Positions 9,209 to 18,712 of a stretch of DNA of 54,943 nucleotides are shown piece after piece. Source of the DNA: a virus (taxonomy: Duplodnaviria > Caudoviricetes). Each line of letters starts with the position of its first letter. Position 1 is the stretch's first letter. The stretch is from IMG/VR virus record IMGVR_UViG_3300037755_000870, positions 1 through 54,943 of that record; one strand, given 5' to 3'. The notes under the pieces are model-generated. The model was not told the origin of the DNA. It made no database searches and was given only the letters and a program-made list of their open reading frames with translations. Both the position numbers and the translations under genes were made by a program.

Positions 9209-9448
9209 CTAGCCTCCTCCGCAGCCGCAGCCGCTCTTGCGATCGACGGACCAGATGGACCCGTCGGCGAGTTCGACCTCCCACCGTCGCCGCTCGACCT
9301 GCGAGACCCGGACGACGTCCGCCTCCTCGACGACCTGACGGCCCCGGCGGAGCACGGCCCGGTTGTTCCGGATCGTGATCGAGACCCGCTCGTGCGAGCC
9401 GGTCGCGGTCTGGACGTTCGTACGGGTCAGTGAGAGAGGAGCAGCCAT
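9209..9448 (-). CDS. Small protein ending in GCGCGGG
   Basis: TACCGT-N7-ATG leaderless start; CGC motif at the C-terminus. Confidence 0.6.
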   Translation of the reverse strand: MAAPLSLTRTNVQTATGSHERVSITIRNNRAVLRRGRQVVEEADVVRVSQVERRRWEVELADGSIWSVDRKSGCGCGGG

Positions 9449-9464
9449 CGCGGGAACGGTATCG

Positions 9465-9848
9465 CTACGAGCCGACGAGGTCGCCGACCGCGACGGTCAG
9501 ACGGTCGCGGATCTCGGCGAGGTCGAGGACCCAGCCGGTGCGCGCCTCTCCGGTGAAGTCCGAGATCCGGCCGTCGGCGGAGACGATGATCGCCTCGGGC
9601 CACATGCCGAGCGGGATCGACAGGTACGAGGCGACCTGCTGCCAGATCACCCCGGTCGCTCCGAGACCGGACATCTCGGCAAGGACCGAGGCGACCGCGA
9701 TCTCGTCGATCGTCCAGCGTCGGGCGTTGCCCTGGCCGCGGCCGTTTCCCTCCGGCGACAGAGCGCCGGTCCGACACCAGTAGTCGATCTGGCGGTACGA
9801 GGCGCCGGCGAGGTCTGCGACGGCGACGGTCGGGAAGCGACGTTCCAT
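9465..9848 (-). CDS. MerR-like HTH DNA-binding protein
   Basis: VADLAGASYRQIDYWCRTGAL...GNARRW matches the MerR HTH pattern. Confidence 0.8.
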   Translation of the reverse strand: MERRFPTVAVADLAGASYRQIDYWCRTGALSPEGNGRGQGNARRWTIDEIAVASVLAEMSGLGATGVIWQQVASYLSIPLGMWPEAIIVSADGRISDFTGEARTGWVLDLAEIRDRLTVAVGDLVGS

Positions 9849-9894
9849 GAGGCGAACCTTACTACGGATAGGCGAGCGCGGTTAGTGTTACGAA
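9849..9894. promoter_or_regulatory. Divergent leaderless promoters with motif copies
   Basis: Minus strand TAAGGT-N7-ATG(9848); plus strand TAGTGT-N6-ATG(9895); degenerate motif at 9857-9872 and partial motif at 9874-9885. Confidence 0.65.
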
Positions 9895-10491
9895 ATGCGA
9901 TCAATCAGACGACAGCCCATTCGCCTCGCGCTCGCCGTGCTCCTCCTCGCCGGTGCGTGCTCGACGCCGGCGCAGGACCTCGCGGTCACCGGTACGCCGC
10001 CGACCTCGACCACGACGGCGCCGCCGGACTTCGACGAGTTCGTCGCCCTCTCGGCCTCGATCGAGGCGCACCACGAGCGGGTCGAGTTCGAGCGTGCGGT
10101 CCGGTACGTCCAGGCGGTCGAGGAGGCGGAACGGATCGCCGCCCAGGAGGCGGAGGCGAGGCGCCTGGCAGCCGCAGAGGAGCAGCGGCGGCGCGAGCAG
10201 GCGGCAGCCGCCGCGGCCCAGCAGGCGGCGACAGAGCCGGCGCCGGTCGCTACCGGGAACGTCTGGTATCGGCTCCGTGCCTGCGAGTGTCCGTCCGGCT
10301 GGTTCTGCAACACCGGGAACGGGTACTACGGCGGGTTGCAGTTCGATCTTCCGACCTGGCGGTCCGTCGGCGGTACCGGGTACCCGCACGAGCACTCGCC
10401 GGAGGAGCAGATCCGGCGCGGGCAGATCCTCCAGTCGAAGCGCGGGTGGTCGCCGTGGCCGGAGTGCTCGCGCAAGCTCGGTCTCCGGTAG
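9895..10491 (+). CDS. rpf: Resuscitation-promoting factor (Rpf)-like transglycosylase, predicted lipoprotein
   Basis: LLLAGAC lipobox, coiled-coil, then WYRLRACE...NTGNGYYGGLQF...TW...GG...EEQI...GWSPWPECS Rpf domain. Confidence 0.88.
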   Translation: MRSIRRQPIRLALAVLLLAGACSTPAQDLAVTGTPPTSTTTAPPDFDEFVALSASIEAHHERVEFERAVRYVQAVEEAERIAAQEAEARRLAAAEEQRRREQAAAAAAQQAATEPAPVATGNVWYRLRACECPSGWFCNTGNGYYGGLQFDLPTWRSVGGTGYPHEHSPEEQIRRGQILQSKRGWSPWPECSRKLGLR

Positions 10492-10501
10492 ACGCGGCCG
10501 A

Positions 10502-10792
10502 TCAGTCGCCGGAGGTTCGCGCCTTCTGCGGCTGCGCCTTGCGGAACTCGACCGTGTAGTCGACGCCGACCTCGAACTGTCGGAACGCCTCCGGGTTCGT
10601 GATCTGCATCTCGATCTGTCCCGACGGCGTGTACTTCGACCAGTCGACGTTGTCCTCGTCGGTCGTCTGAGCGGCGAGGAGCTTCACCGTGACCTGCTTC
10701 TGCTCCGCCGGATCTCCTTCGACCGGCTGGTACTGCGAGGTCAGCGTCGTCTCCAGGCGTTCGGTACAGCGGAACTTGGCGATCGTGCCCAT
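10502..10792 (-). CDS. Conserved phage hypothetical protein, 96 aa
   Basis: AKFRC...WSKYTPSGQIEMQITNP; AAGGAG RBS. Confidence 0.75.
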   Translation of the reverse strand: MGTIAKFRCTERLETTLTSQYQPVEGDPAEQKQVTVKLLAAQTTDEDNVDWSKYTPSGQIEMQITNPEAFRQFEVGVDYTVEFRKAQPQKARTSGD

Positions 10793-11020
10793 CGTGGTTC
10801 TCCTTCGGTTTGCGGTCCAGATCGGACTGGTTGCCGTCCAGAGTGCCAGCGATCGGCCGCAACCGCAACGTCCTGGACGCGACGATCCCCGCCGGCGCAG
10901 GTTGGGCCATCCGGCGGGGATCTGATGTCGCGTCGACCCGTCCGCTCGCCTCCCCGGACTCAGCCGCCGGCGGAGGAGAGAGCAACCAACGGCAGAGGAC
11001 CGCCGGTCGACGTGGGTTGC

Positions 11021-11236
11021 TTATGTCTCTACTTCGACGACCCGGAGCCGGAGATCGGCCGCTCCTGACCTGGCGGCGTCGACGGTGCGGACGAGGTCCT
11101 CGATTCCGCGGCGTGCGTCGGTCGAGTCGCGGTACCCCTCGGAGGCGTGGACGATCTCGCCGTTCTCGGCCCGGAGTCGGAACCCCTTCTCGGTCTCGCC
11201 GTACGGGTGGATCTCGAACCGAGCTTCGGCGGTCAT
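11021..11236 (-). CDS. YegP/DUF1508 family protein
   Basis: RFEI...FRLRAENGEIVHASEGY...ARRGIE signature. Confidence 0.8.
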   Translation of the reverse strand: MTAEARFEIHPYGETEKGFRLRAENGEIVHASEGYRDSTDARRGIEDLVRTVDAARSGAADLRLRVVEVET

Positions 11237-11478
11237 CGGACCGCCTGCTCGAACTCGGCGATCGTCCGGCGCCGCGAGACGTCCTGGCGGCGCATGCCGA
11301 GCGGGAGCGGTGAGAAGATCCGGCGCTCGGACTCGCGCAGGAGGCAGTTCGTCAGGTGGGTCGAGGACGTCAGGGTCTCGGGATAGAACCCGGCCGGCGG
11401 GTCGCCGTCGCCGATGACCTCCTCGACCTCGACACCGGTCTCGGTCAGGCGGATGAATCGTCGTCGTGGCTGTCGCAC
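11233..11478 (-). CDS. Hypothetical protein
   Basis: GTG after CCCAAGGAG; ATGA overlap with next gene. Confidence 0.55.
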   Translation of the reverse strand: MRQPRRRFIRLTETGVEVEEVIGDGDPPAGFYPETLTSSTHLTNCLLRESERRIFSPLPLGMRRQDVSRRRTIAEFEQAVR

Positions 11479-11752
11479 TGGTTCTCCTTGGGTTGGTTCG
11501 GCCATTGTGCCGTAATCCCGGTCGGCGGGTCGGGGCAGATCCCAGCGCGCCACTCGTGGGCGTAGTCGGGGCAGGCGCCGCCGCGGAACGGGCAGCGTTC
11601 GAGGAGCGGATCGTCATCGCTCACGGCGCGCCCTCTCGTACTCGTCGGCCTCCAGATCTTCGAGATGCGCGGTGATCGCCATCTCGTGCCGGTAGTCGTC
11701 CTCGACCTGCTGCTCGTACTCGGCAGCGATCGCCTGGTGGTGCGCTTCGTCG

Positions 11753-11998
11753 TCATCCATCGTTGCTCCTCTCTAGGCTCTCGGCGAGGTCGAGAGCGAC
11801 ATCGGTCATCCGCCACGCCATGTACCGGAGCCGGTACCGCGACGCCGGCGATCGGCGAGAGAACTCGCCGTCCTCGACCTGCTTCGGCGTCACCGCGGGT
11901 CCGGCGACGCGGAGGAAGTCGGCGAACCGGTCGAGGATCTCGCGCTCCCTGGTCCCGTCGGCCGGCGGGTTCGAGAACCCGCACTCGTCAGGTCGCAT
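11753..11998 (-). CDS. Hypothetical protein, 81 aa
   Basis: Tightly packed ORF. Confidence 0.5.
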   Translation of the reverse strand: MRPDECGFSNPPADGTREREILDRFADFLRVAGPAVTPKQVEDGEFSRRSPASRYRLRYMAWRMTDVALDLAESLERSNDG

Positions 11999-12338
11999 CG
12001 AGGTACCGCCACTCGATCCGCGAGACGAGCGTCTCCGGCGTCGCGCCCCGATGGGTGTCGCAGAACATCTCGACGAACTCCGCCGGCGTCCAGTCCGGGA
12101 ACCCCTCGCGGCGGACGTCGCTCGGCGTGATCAGCCGGAGGAGTTCGCGGCGCCAGGAGACGACCTCGACGTCGACGATCCGGACGAGCGGTTCGCCGTT
12201 GCGTCGGCCCATCACCTTCCGGCAGAGCGTGAGCCGGTCGCCGGGTCCGATCATGAGCCAGCCGAGCCGGCGCGTGACGTCCTTCGACCGGTCCCGTACG
12301 GCGTCCTCCGTGAGCGAGACCGACATCAGCCGCGGCAT
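11988..12338 (-). CDS. ASCH/PUA-like domain protein
   Basis: KDVTRRLGW...PGD...DVRREGF...VSRIEW pattern. Confidence 0.75.
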   Translation of the reverse strand: MPRLMSVSLTEDAVRDRSKDVTRRLGWLMIGPGDRLTLCRKVMGRRNGEPLVRIVDVEVVSWRRELLRLITPSDVRREGFPDWTPAEFVEMFCDTHRGATPETLVSRIEWRYLDAT

Positions 12339-12565
12339 GGGTCGGCCTCCCACGGTGGGTCGACGATGACGTGGTCGCCGGTATCCCAACCGACGACGCG
12401 TTCCTGCGGACAGGTGAACGAGTCGTCGCCGTAGACCCACACCGGCTCGCTATGCGTCTCGCACCAGCGGAGCGTTGCCGTCAGGTCGTTGCCGACCTGG
12501 TCTCGCTTGTAGCGGACGACGCGGCCGAGAGGCGGCACGACGACGGTCTGCACGGTCCCGCTCAC
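12326..12565 (-). CDS. Hypothetical protein, 79 aa
   Basis: GTGA coupling with upstream ORF. Confidence 0.5.
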   Translation of the reverse strand: MSGTVQTVVVPPLGRVVRYKRDQVGNDLTATLRWCETHSEPVWVYGDDSFTCPQERVVGWDTGDHVIVDPPWEADPCRG

Positions 12566-13347
12566 GTCGACCTCACGGCCTGGAGGATCTTCGGGAACCG
12601 CTCGTCGAGCGGATCCGCGATCGCGACGACCCAGGCGGCGTGCCGGAGCGCCATCTCGGCGGAGACGCCAGGAGAGGCGCCGAGCCAGGAGATCCGGAGG
12701 TCGCCGCTCGGCGTCGAGGCGGAGACCATCGTGTCGTTGATCGTCTCGATCTCCTCATCGGCGTCGACAAGCCAGGGGTCCTCAACCGGATCCGGTTCGT
12801 CGGTCACGGCGAGGTACCGGCCGAGCGCCTCGTACAACGTCGAGGCGACCGCACGCGGCAGGTTCGAGCAGATCGACTCGTCCGGTATCGGCGCGTCTCG
12901 CTCGACGTGCAGGTCGAGTCGGAACTCGTCGAGCGAGTCGTACGGACCGAACGAGAGCCGGAACGAGGTCCCGTGGCGGTTCGCCCATCGCATGACCATG
13001 TGTCGAGCCGAGTCCTCGCCGATCCGCATGGTCTGGCCGAACCAGGTCGTCTCTGCGGACTCGACCTCGTCGAACCGGTCGGCGAGGTCCTGCGCCGGCG
13101 ACGTCGAGCCGTAGATCTCGGTCACGTTCCAGCCTTCGGTCGCGAACCGTTCGCCGAGCCGGAGCGCCATCCTGGTCGCGGTCGGTACGTCCACCGGCAT
13201 GAACGAGGCGAGGACCTCGACGACCTCCGGGACCCACTCGTCGTCGCGGAGATGCTTCGCGATCTCGTCGCCGCTCGTTCGTTCTCCGGCGTCAGGATCG
13301 GGGCGAGACGGTCGACGGTCGGCCTCGACGGCGGTTTCCTCGTACAT
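12562..13347 (-). CDS. Hypothetical protein, 261 aa
   Basis: ATG 13347 after CCCAAGGAG and the promoter motif. Confidence 0.7.
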   Translation of the reverse strand: MYEETAVEADRRPSRPDPDAGERTSGDEIAKHLRDDEWVPEVVEVLASFMPVDVPTATRMALRLGERFATEGWNVTEIYGSTSPAQDLADRFDEVESAETTWFGQTMRIGEDSARHMVMRWANRHGTSFRLSFGPYDSLDEFRLDLHVERDAPIPDESICSNLPRAVASTLYEALGRYLAVTDEPDPVEDPWLVDADEEIETINDTMVSASTPSGDLRISWLGASPGVSAEMALRHAAWVVAIADPLDERFPKILQAVRST

Positions 13348-13395
13348 CTCTGGTGCTCCTTGGGACAGGTCGTCGACGACGATCGCCGACCCCCG

Positions 13396-13423
13396 GAGGT
13401 TAGCGCGGTTAGGTCCGGCGTCG
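13396..13423 (-). promoter_or_regulatory. Motif copy with TAACCT -10; 28 bp identical to 32711-32738
   Basis: gaggttagcgcggttaggtccggcgtcg at both loci; contains the terL stop codon. Confidence 0.8.
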
Positions 13424-15118
13424 CCGGTTGCCTGCGACCGCGGGACCTCTCGCGATCCTGGCGCGACCGGCAGCGCGCGCCGGCGATGGCTTCGGCACGG
13501 ATCCGGTCGGGACCGTCGCCGACGCCTGGCCGGTCGAGAGACGACCGATCGCCTGCGACATCGTGTCGACCTGGTCGTCGTGCGCGCCGTTCGGGAACGC
13601 GGCCAACTCGTCGAGCAGCGCGGCCAGATACGGCGCGTGCTCCTGGAGGTAGATGTCGCCGGCCTCCGCGTTCGGGACGATGAAGTTCCGAGCACGGACC
13701 CGCTTCGATCCTTCGCCGCCGACCTTCTTCGGGACGATCCCGGACATGCCCCTGCGGCGGAGTTCCTGGACCGCCGAGCGTTCGGCCTCGGTCATCCCGA
13801 GGCGGGTCGCGACCTCGTCCGAGACCTCGTAGCCGGGTCGCTTCCGGCGGATCTCCGGGATCACTTCGTCGGCCGAGCCGGCGTACTCGATCACGTGCGT
13901 CTTGATCTCCGGTCGGCGGACCGCGAGGAGAGCGATCGCGTTCTGCGTCGTCGCGTGGTCGTACTGCCCGCGGACCTGATCGACGAGCCAGTAGCCGCCG
14001 GCGACCCGCCACCATGCCTGCCCGACGACGTAGTCGCCGGCCTCCTTGTCTTTCAGTTTGAGGTCCCAGGACGTGCAGGCGTCGTCGAAGCTCGGCGGGA
14101 GCGCATCCTCGATCCGGAACCAGGCACGCTTGATGTCCGTGCCCTCCTCCGGCGACGGGTCCTGCTGCTCCAGCGAGGACGCCAGGTAGGAGCCGAGACC
14201 AGCGGCGCGGCGTCGGACGTCCTCGATCGGACGGATCTCCGGGTCGAGCGCCTCGCCGGGAGCACGGCCCAGCGGGTCGCCTTCGACGGCGATCGCCGGG
14301 AGCGAGACGAGGTCCCAGTCGTCGCCGTACTCGTCCTTGCCCATCTCGGCGAGGAGCTTCGCCGTCAGGTCGTCCTCGTGGACCCGATGGTGGACCACGA
14401 TGATGAACCCGGCCTCCTCGTCGAGCCGGTTCCGGATCGTGCCTCGGTACTGGTTCCAGACGTGCTCGCGCTTGTTCTCCGAGTGCGCCTCCTGCCAGTT
14501 CTTGAACGGGTCGTCGATGATGATCCCGCCCTCGGCGTTCGCGCCGAACCCGGTGATCGACGCGTTGATCCCGGCGGCGAGGAGACCTCCGCCGGCGTCG
14601 GTCACGAACCGGTTGATCGCCTGCCGGTCCTGCCGCAACTGGGTTCGGAGCACGCCGGCGTACTGCCGGAGCCGGGAGCGGACCCCGTCGGCGTTCTCGT
14701 TCGCCAGGGTCTGTCCGTAGGAGACGAAGATCAGCCGTGCTCGGCCTTCGGTCCGGTCGAATAGCCAGGTCCCGCCCCACTGGACGATCGTCGACTTGCC
14801 GTACCGGCCGGGGAGGTTCCAGATCTGCCGGCGCGACGTGCCGTCCGCGGCCTCTCGGAACTTGCGGGACAGGTGGTCGACGTGCCGCGGTCGACGGAAC
14901 GTCGGGTCGAGGAACCCGGCCATCTCGGCGGGGTGGGAGCGCCAGCCGGCCGCGGTGACGGACTCCGCCGCTGCCTCTAGGAGCGAGAGGTCCTCCGGGT
15001 CGAGGCGGGCGGCGAACGCGGCCAACTCGTCCGGCGGGAGCGCGAGGACGAGGCGTCGGAGGTCCTCGAACGGATCCTCGACCGGCTCCGGGAGCGCCAG
15101 GTGGTTACGAGCGGGCAC
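13409..15118 (-). CDS. terL: Terminase large subunit
   Basis: Walker A LPGRYGKS, Walker B IIIDDP, C-terminal FPNGAHDDQVD nuclease motif. Confidence 0.95.
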   Translation of the reverse strand: MPARNHLALPEPVEDPFEDLRRLVLALPPDELAAFAARLDPEDLSLLEAAAESVTAAGWRSHPAEMAGFLDPTFRRPRHVDHLSRKFREAADGTSRRQIWNLPGRYGKSTIVQWGGTWLFDRTEGRARLIFVSYGQTLANENADGVRSRLRQYAGVLRTQLRQDRQAINRFVTDAGGGLLAAGINASITGFGANAEGGIIIDDPFKNWQEAHSENKREHVWNQYRGTIRNRLDEEAGFIIVVHHRVHEDDLTAKLLAEMGKDEYGDDWDLVSLPAIAVEGDPLGRAPGEALDPEIRPIEDVRRRAAGLGSYLASSLEQQDPSPEEGTDIKRAWFRIEDALPPSFDDACTSWDLKLKDKEAGDYVVGQAWWRVAGGYWLVDQVRGQYDHATTQNAIALLAVRRPEIKTHVIEYAGSADEVIPEIRRKRPGYEVSDEVATRLGMTEAERSAVQELRRRGMSGIVPKKVGGEGSKRVRARNFIVPNAEAGDIYLQEHAPYLAALLDELAAFPNGAHDDQVDTMSQAIGRLSTGQASATVPTGSVPKPSPARAAGRARIARGPAVAGNRRRRT

Positions 15119-15728
15119 GACGTAACTCTGCCCGTTCCGCGGCCTCGCGAGCCGTCTTGTCGCCGTGACAGCGGCCGCAGAGCAGTTGGAGATTGAACGG
15201 GAGCCACCAGCGAAGCTCGTTCCGCTGCTGGTCCGTCAGCGACCAGAGCGGCCGGACGTGGTCGACGAACAACTGGACCGGTTGCGGCGCCGGCGGGCCG
15301 ACGGTCGAGGTTCGGTACCAGGATGGACGAGTCGGCCCCGGCTGCCAGACCGCGCCGCAGGACCAGCACTCGTGCCCGTGGAGCGCGACGAGATGGTGCC
15401 TGGCGGAGTCTCCGGACGTGGCGACGTACCAGAGGTCGACGCAGTCGTCGGAGCACCAGGAGGTCCGCCGGCCCGGTAGCGGCGAGGTCCCGCAGAGCGA
15501 GCACGTGTCGGCGACCTTCTCGAACGGTGGTCGAGGCGGCGTTCGGACCGACCGGGCGCGTCGGCGTCGCTCGCGCTCGATCTGCCGGCGTTCGGTCTCG
15601 CAGGTCCAGCACGGCCGGTCGAGATCGGAGCCAGGCATCCGGAGCCAGGAGTAGATCCCGTGGGCGGCGCAGCGTTCGTAGCATCGCTCGCGGACACCGG
15701 TCGGCGCCTCGACCTCGTAGACGATCAC
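15105..15728 (-). CDS. HNH endonuclease, possible terminase cofactor
   Basis: VDHVRPL...NLQLLCGRCHGDKT and several CxxC pairs; overlaps the terL start; start codon approximate. Confidence 0.8.
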   Translation of the reverse strand: MIVYEVEAPTGVRERCYERCAAHGIYSWLRMPGSDLDRPCWTCETERRQIERERRRRARSVRTPPRPPFEKVADTCSLCGTSPLPGRRTSWCSDDCVDLWYVATSGDSARHHLVALHGHECWSCGAVWQPGPTRPSWYRTSTVGPPAPQPVQLFVDHVRPLWSLTDQQRNELRWWLPFNLQLLCGRCHGDKTAREAAERAELRRARS

Positions 15729-15900
15729 GGCGCCGCCCGTTCGGTCCAGAGGAACACGCTGCACTCCTGGACCTCCATCCGGTACTGCCCCGGCCCCGGT
15801 CCTTCGGCGACGTCGAGGACCCGGAAGGTCCGGCCGTCCGGGGTCTGCAACCCGTCGCCCTCGGCCGGCGGGGGACCTTCCCAGCCGTTCGAGCGGAGGA

Positions 15901-16143
15901 TCACGACGGCCGCTCGCCGCGCCGGTACCAGCGGAGCCGCCAGTCCGACGACGGGACGGTCCCGCCGTGCTGGCCGAGCCGCTCGACCCGGAGCCGCCAG
16001 CGGTGCGGCCAGACCTTCGACTCGACCGGGCGTGCCTCGACGATCCGGTACCGGGACCTCGACGTCGAGAGGAACTCGCCGGCCTGCGGAGGGTTCGCCT
16101 CCTGCTCGGCGTCGATGTCGTAGGTGATGGTCGCCAGAGTCAC
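15901..16143 (-). CDS. Hypothetical protein
   Basis: GTGA-coupled ORF (MTLATITYDID...). Confidence 0.5.
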   Translation of the reverse strand: MTLATITYDIDAEQEANPPQAGEFLSTSRSRYRIVEARPVESKVWPHRWRLRVERLGQHGGTVPSSDWRLRWYRRGERPS

Positions 16144-16784
16144 CGGACCGCTTGCCCGCAGCGGCCGCAGCGGTTCCCGATCCGGACCGACATCGGGTGC
16201 GGACACTTCGCCGCGACCTCCGGCCCCGGCCGGCGAGGAGTGCGCGCGCGGGTCGTCGGAACCGTCACGGACGCACCCCGCCCCTTCGCCGGCTGCGCGC
16301 GCGCCGTAGCGTCCTCCGGATCCGGCCAGAGCGGACGGAGCCGCTCGACGACGGCCGCTCGATCACGCCGGACACGCCGGCGCTTCGCCTCGGTCCGGTT
16401 GTACCGAGGCGTCTCGGTCCTAATCGACTCATGCTCGGCATCGGCCGCTTCCTGTCGAGTCCGGAAGTGTTCGAGTGTGATCGTCTCGACCTCGCTCCAC
16501 CACGGCTTGTCGATCTGGTGCTCGTAGATCCGCCCGGTCATACGGCCGGAGATCCCGACGTACAGGAGGACGTCGTCGTCGGACCAGCACCGGTAGAGAG
16601 TCGTCCCGACCTCCTCCGTGGTCTCGTCGTCGCCGATCATCTCGGCCGGCGAGAGACCGAGTTCGACGCGAGCGCAGAACTCGACGAACTCGGCGATCGT
16701 CACGTCGTAGGCGGAAGCTGCGCGCGCGACCTCGGCGTGGAGGTCGTCCGGGATCCGGACCGCCTTCCCGGCGTTCCTAGGCAT
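16140..16784 (-). CDS. Ribbon-helix-helix plus GIY-YIG nuclease domain protein
   Basis: VRIPDDLHAEV N-terminus; LYRCW...LLYVGIS...R...H...E...PRYN. Confidence 0.75.
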   Translation of the reverse strand: MPRNAGKAVRIPDDLHAEVARAASAYDVTIAEFVEFCARVELGLSPAEMIGDDETTEEVGTTLYRCWSDDDVLLYVGISGRMTGRIYEHQIDKPWWSEVETITLEHFRTRQEAADAEHESIRTETPRYNRTEAKRRRVRRDRAAVVERLRPLWPDPEDATARAQPAKGRGASVTVPTTRARTPRRPGPEVAAKCPHPMSVRIGNRCGRCGQAVR

Positions 16785-16986
16785 CGGCGACCTCGAACAG
16801 CGTCAACGGCTCGTAGCCGGCCGCGTAGCAGAGCGGGCAGATCAGCGACCGGCGTTGCTTGCGGCCGCAGCAGGGGCAACGAGGCGGCGCCAGGAGCCGG
16901 CCTAGAGCACGACGCCACGGCGCGACGGTCTCGTTCCCGCAGAACGAGCACGAGACCTGCCCGTGGAAGCAGACCGCCCTAGCCAT
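16777..16986 (-). CDS. Small Cys-rich zinc-ribbon protein
   Basis: Three CxxC pairs. Confidence 0.55.
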   Translation of the reverse strand: MARAVCFHGQVSCSFCGNETVAPWRRALGRLLAPPRCPCCGRKQRRSLICPLCYAAGYEPLTLFEVADA

Positions 16987-17620
16987 CGTCGCCGTCCTCG
17001 TCCTCCGGGACGATCCGCTCCAGATGCGACCGGAGCGCCGCCCCGAGGTTCGCGGCCCGGACCTCGACCGGGATCGAGCCGTCCTCGCCGGTCCCCTCGA
17101 TCTTCGTTCGCCGCCCGTAGATCTCCGGGAACCGCCGCTCCAACCGCCACTGAATCACCGCGGGATCCGGCAGCGTATGGGACCGCTTCGTCCTCGTCTC
17201 GACGGTCTCGCCCTTGTCGTTGACCTTCGTCGTCGTCTCCACGATCGCGATCTGCCCACGGGCCAGGCGTTCGAGATCCGCCTGCGCGCGCGTCTCGAAC
17301 TCGACCTCCGCTCGGTCTACTGCCTCCGAAAACTCCAGGCAGCGGCGTTCCTTGACCCGGAGGTCGGAGAGGTTGACCTCTCCTCGTTCGAGGCGGCGCC
17401 TGGTTTCGCGGCCGAGCTTCTCCCAGTCGTAGAACGTGCTGGTGGCGATGCCTGCTCGTCTCGCGGCTCGTTCGGCGTACAAGCCGACTCGGACGTCTCC
17501 GATGATCTGGTCGGCGACCGTGATCTCCTGGACGTCGCCGGTGGGTTCGCCGGTCTCGTCGAGGATCGGGCGGGTCTGGACGATGTCGTTGATCTTCGTC
17601 GGTCGTCCGGTCCGGGCCAT
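16979..17620 (-). CDS. terS: Terminase small subunit
   Basis: GRPTK start, HTH AARRAGIATSTFYDW, WRLERRFPEIYGR; upstream of terL. Confidence 0.8.
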   Translation of the reverse strand: MARTGRPTKINDIVQTRPILDETGEPTGDVQEITVADQIIGDVRVGLYAERAARRAGIATSTFYDWEKLGRETRRRLERGEVNLSDLRVKERRCLEFSEAVDRAEVEFETRAQADLERLARGQIAIVETTTKVNDKGETVETRTKRSHTLPDPAVIQWRLERRFPEIYGRRTKIEGTGEDGSIPVEVRAANLGAALRSHLERIVPEDEDGDDG

Positions 17621-17658
17621 GCCGGCAGGGTAGTGCGCTCAGGTCGCCGGTTGTGAGG

Positions 17659-18510
17659 TCAGGCTCCGGGGCCGTGCTCGTTCTCGATGATGACCGCGGC
17701 CTCGCCGTAGACCGCTCGTGGGAGGAGGTCGGTTTCGATCGCCGGGACCGGGACGTAGCAGCAGCCCGGAGCGTCTCGGAACGTGGTCCCCCAGTCCGGT
17801 CCCCAGGTGTTCTGCCAGACCACGTACTCGCCCGGTGGGAGTCCCGGCGGGTCGGCGACGAGGTCGACGCCGTAGATGGCGTGGTACCCGGCGAGTCCGG
17901 ATGCCGGGTCGACCTCTAGGAGACCCGAGGGGCCGGGGTCCATCATCGACCAGTAGATCGGGATCCCGAACCAGACGCCGGAGCGGAGGAGCCGGAACGT
18001 GTCGACGAGGTCGTCGATCGGGGTCTGCGAGCCGGCGCCGATCCACCGGTACTCGGAGATGATCCCGAACCGGTGCGCGATCCGGAGAGCGGCGATCAGG
18101 CTCGTGCCGCCGTACGCCTCGCCGGCCCATTCATCCTCGGTCTGAGCGGTCCGGTACAGCCAGCAGCACTCGGAGTGGTCGATCGTGTGCTTCCACTGCG
18201 GCGCTCGCGGAATCGGCGTCGCGTTCAGCGCGGTGCCGAACGAGGCGCCGACACAGCCGTCGGCCCCGTACGGTCCAGGACACGGCGGGTCGGACTGATC
18301 GAACGGGACCGGCTGCGGAGCGTTCTCGACCTCGGTCGGCGCCGGGACGATCTCGGCTCCGTTCTCGCAGTCGATGTCTCGGACCTTGTCGAGCAGAGTC
18401 CGGACCTGCCAGCCGCGGGAGCGTTCGTCGTAGCTCGGGATCCGGCCGAGCCGTTCGTCGTAGGCGACGAACCCGCCGCGCTTCTGGATCGGTTCCCTCG
18501 TCGGCGCCAT
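17659..18510 (-). CDS. Papain-like (C1-type) cysteine peptidase
   Basis: DQ...GCVG (Cys), GYHAI (His), QNTWGPDWG (Asn) catalytic triad pattern; leaderless start TACCGT-N6-ATG. Confidence 0.8.
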   Translation of the reverse strand: MAPTREPIQKRGGFVAYDERLGRIPSYDERSRGWQVRTLLDKVRDIDCENGAEIVPAPTEVENAPQPVPFDQSDPPCPGPYGADGCVGASFGTALNATPIPRAPQWKHTIDHSECCWLYRTAQTEDEWAGEAYGGTSLIAALRIAHRFGIISEYRWIGAGSQTPIDDLVDTFRLLRSGVWFGIPIYWSMMDPGPSGLLEVDPASGLAGYHAIYGVDLVADPPGLPPGEYVVWQNTWGPDWGTTFRDAPGCCYVPVPAIETDLLPRAVYGEAAVIIENEHGPGA

Positions 18511-18528
18511 GCCCGGACGGTACACGCG

Positions 18529-18564
18529 GAGCGACCCCCGGCGGCGTGGGTCCGGGGGTCGCTC
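18529..18564 (-). terminator. GC hairpin
   Basis: gagcgacccccgg...ccgggggtcgctc. Confidence 0.55.
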
Positions 18565-18712
18565 CTGTCTCGACGGCGCCGCTGGCGGAGCGGCGTCTAC
18601 GTCGAGCGTTCCTGTCGCCGGCGGCGAGCGGCGAGCACCCGCTGACGTCGACGGTACGCCTTCCGGCTGGCGGCGCGATGTTTCACGAGTGACACTCGCC
18701 GGTCCTGCGCCG

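Noticed and set aside
18640-18680. SRP-RNA-like CCGGAAGG
   Set aside because: The flanking conserved SRP domain IV bases are absent
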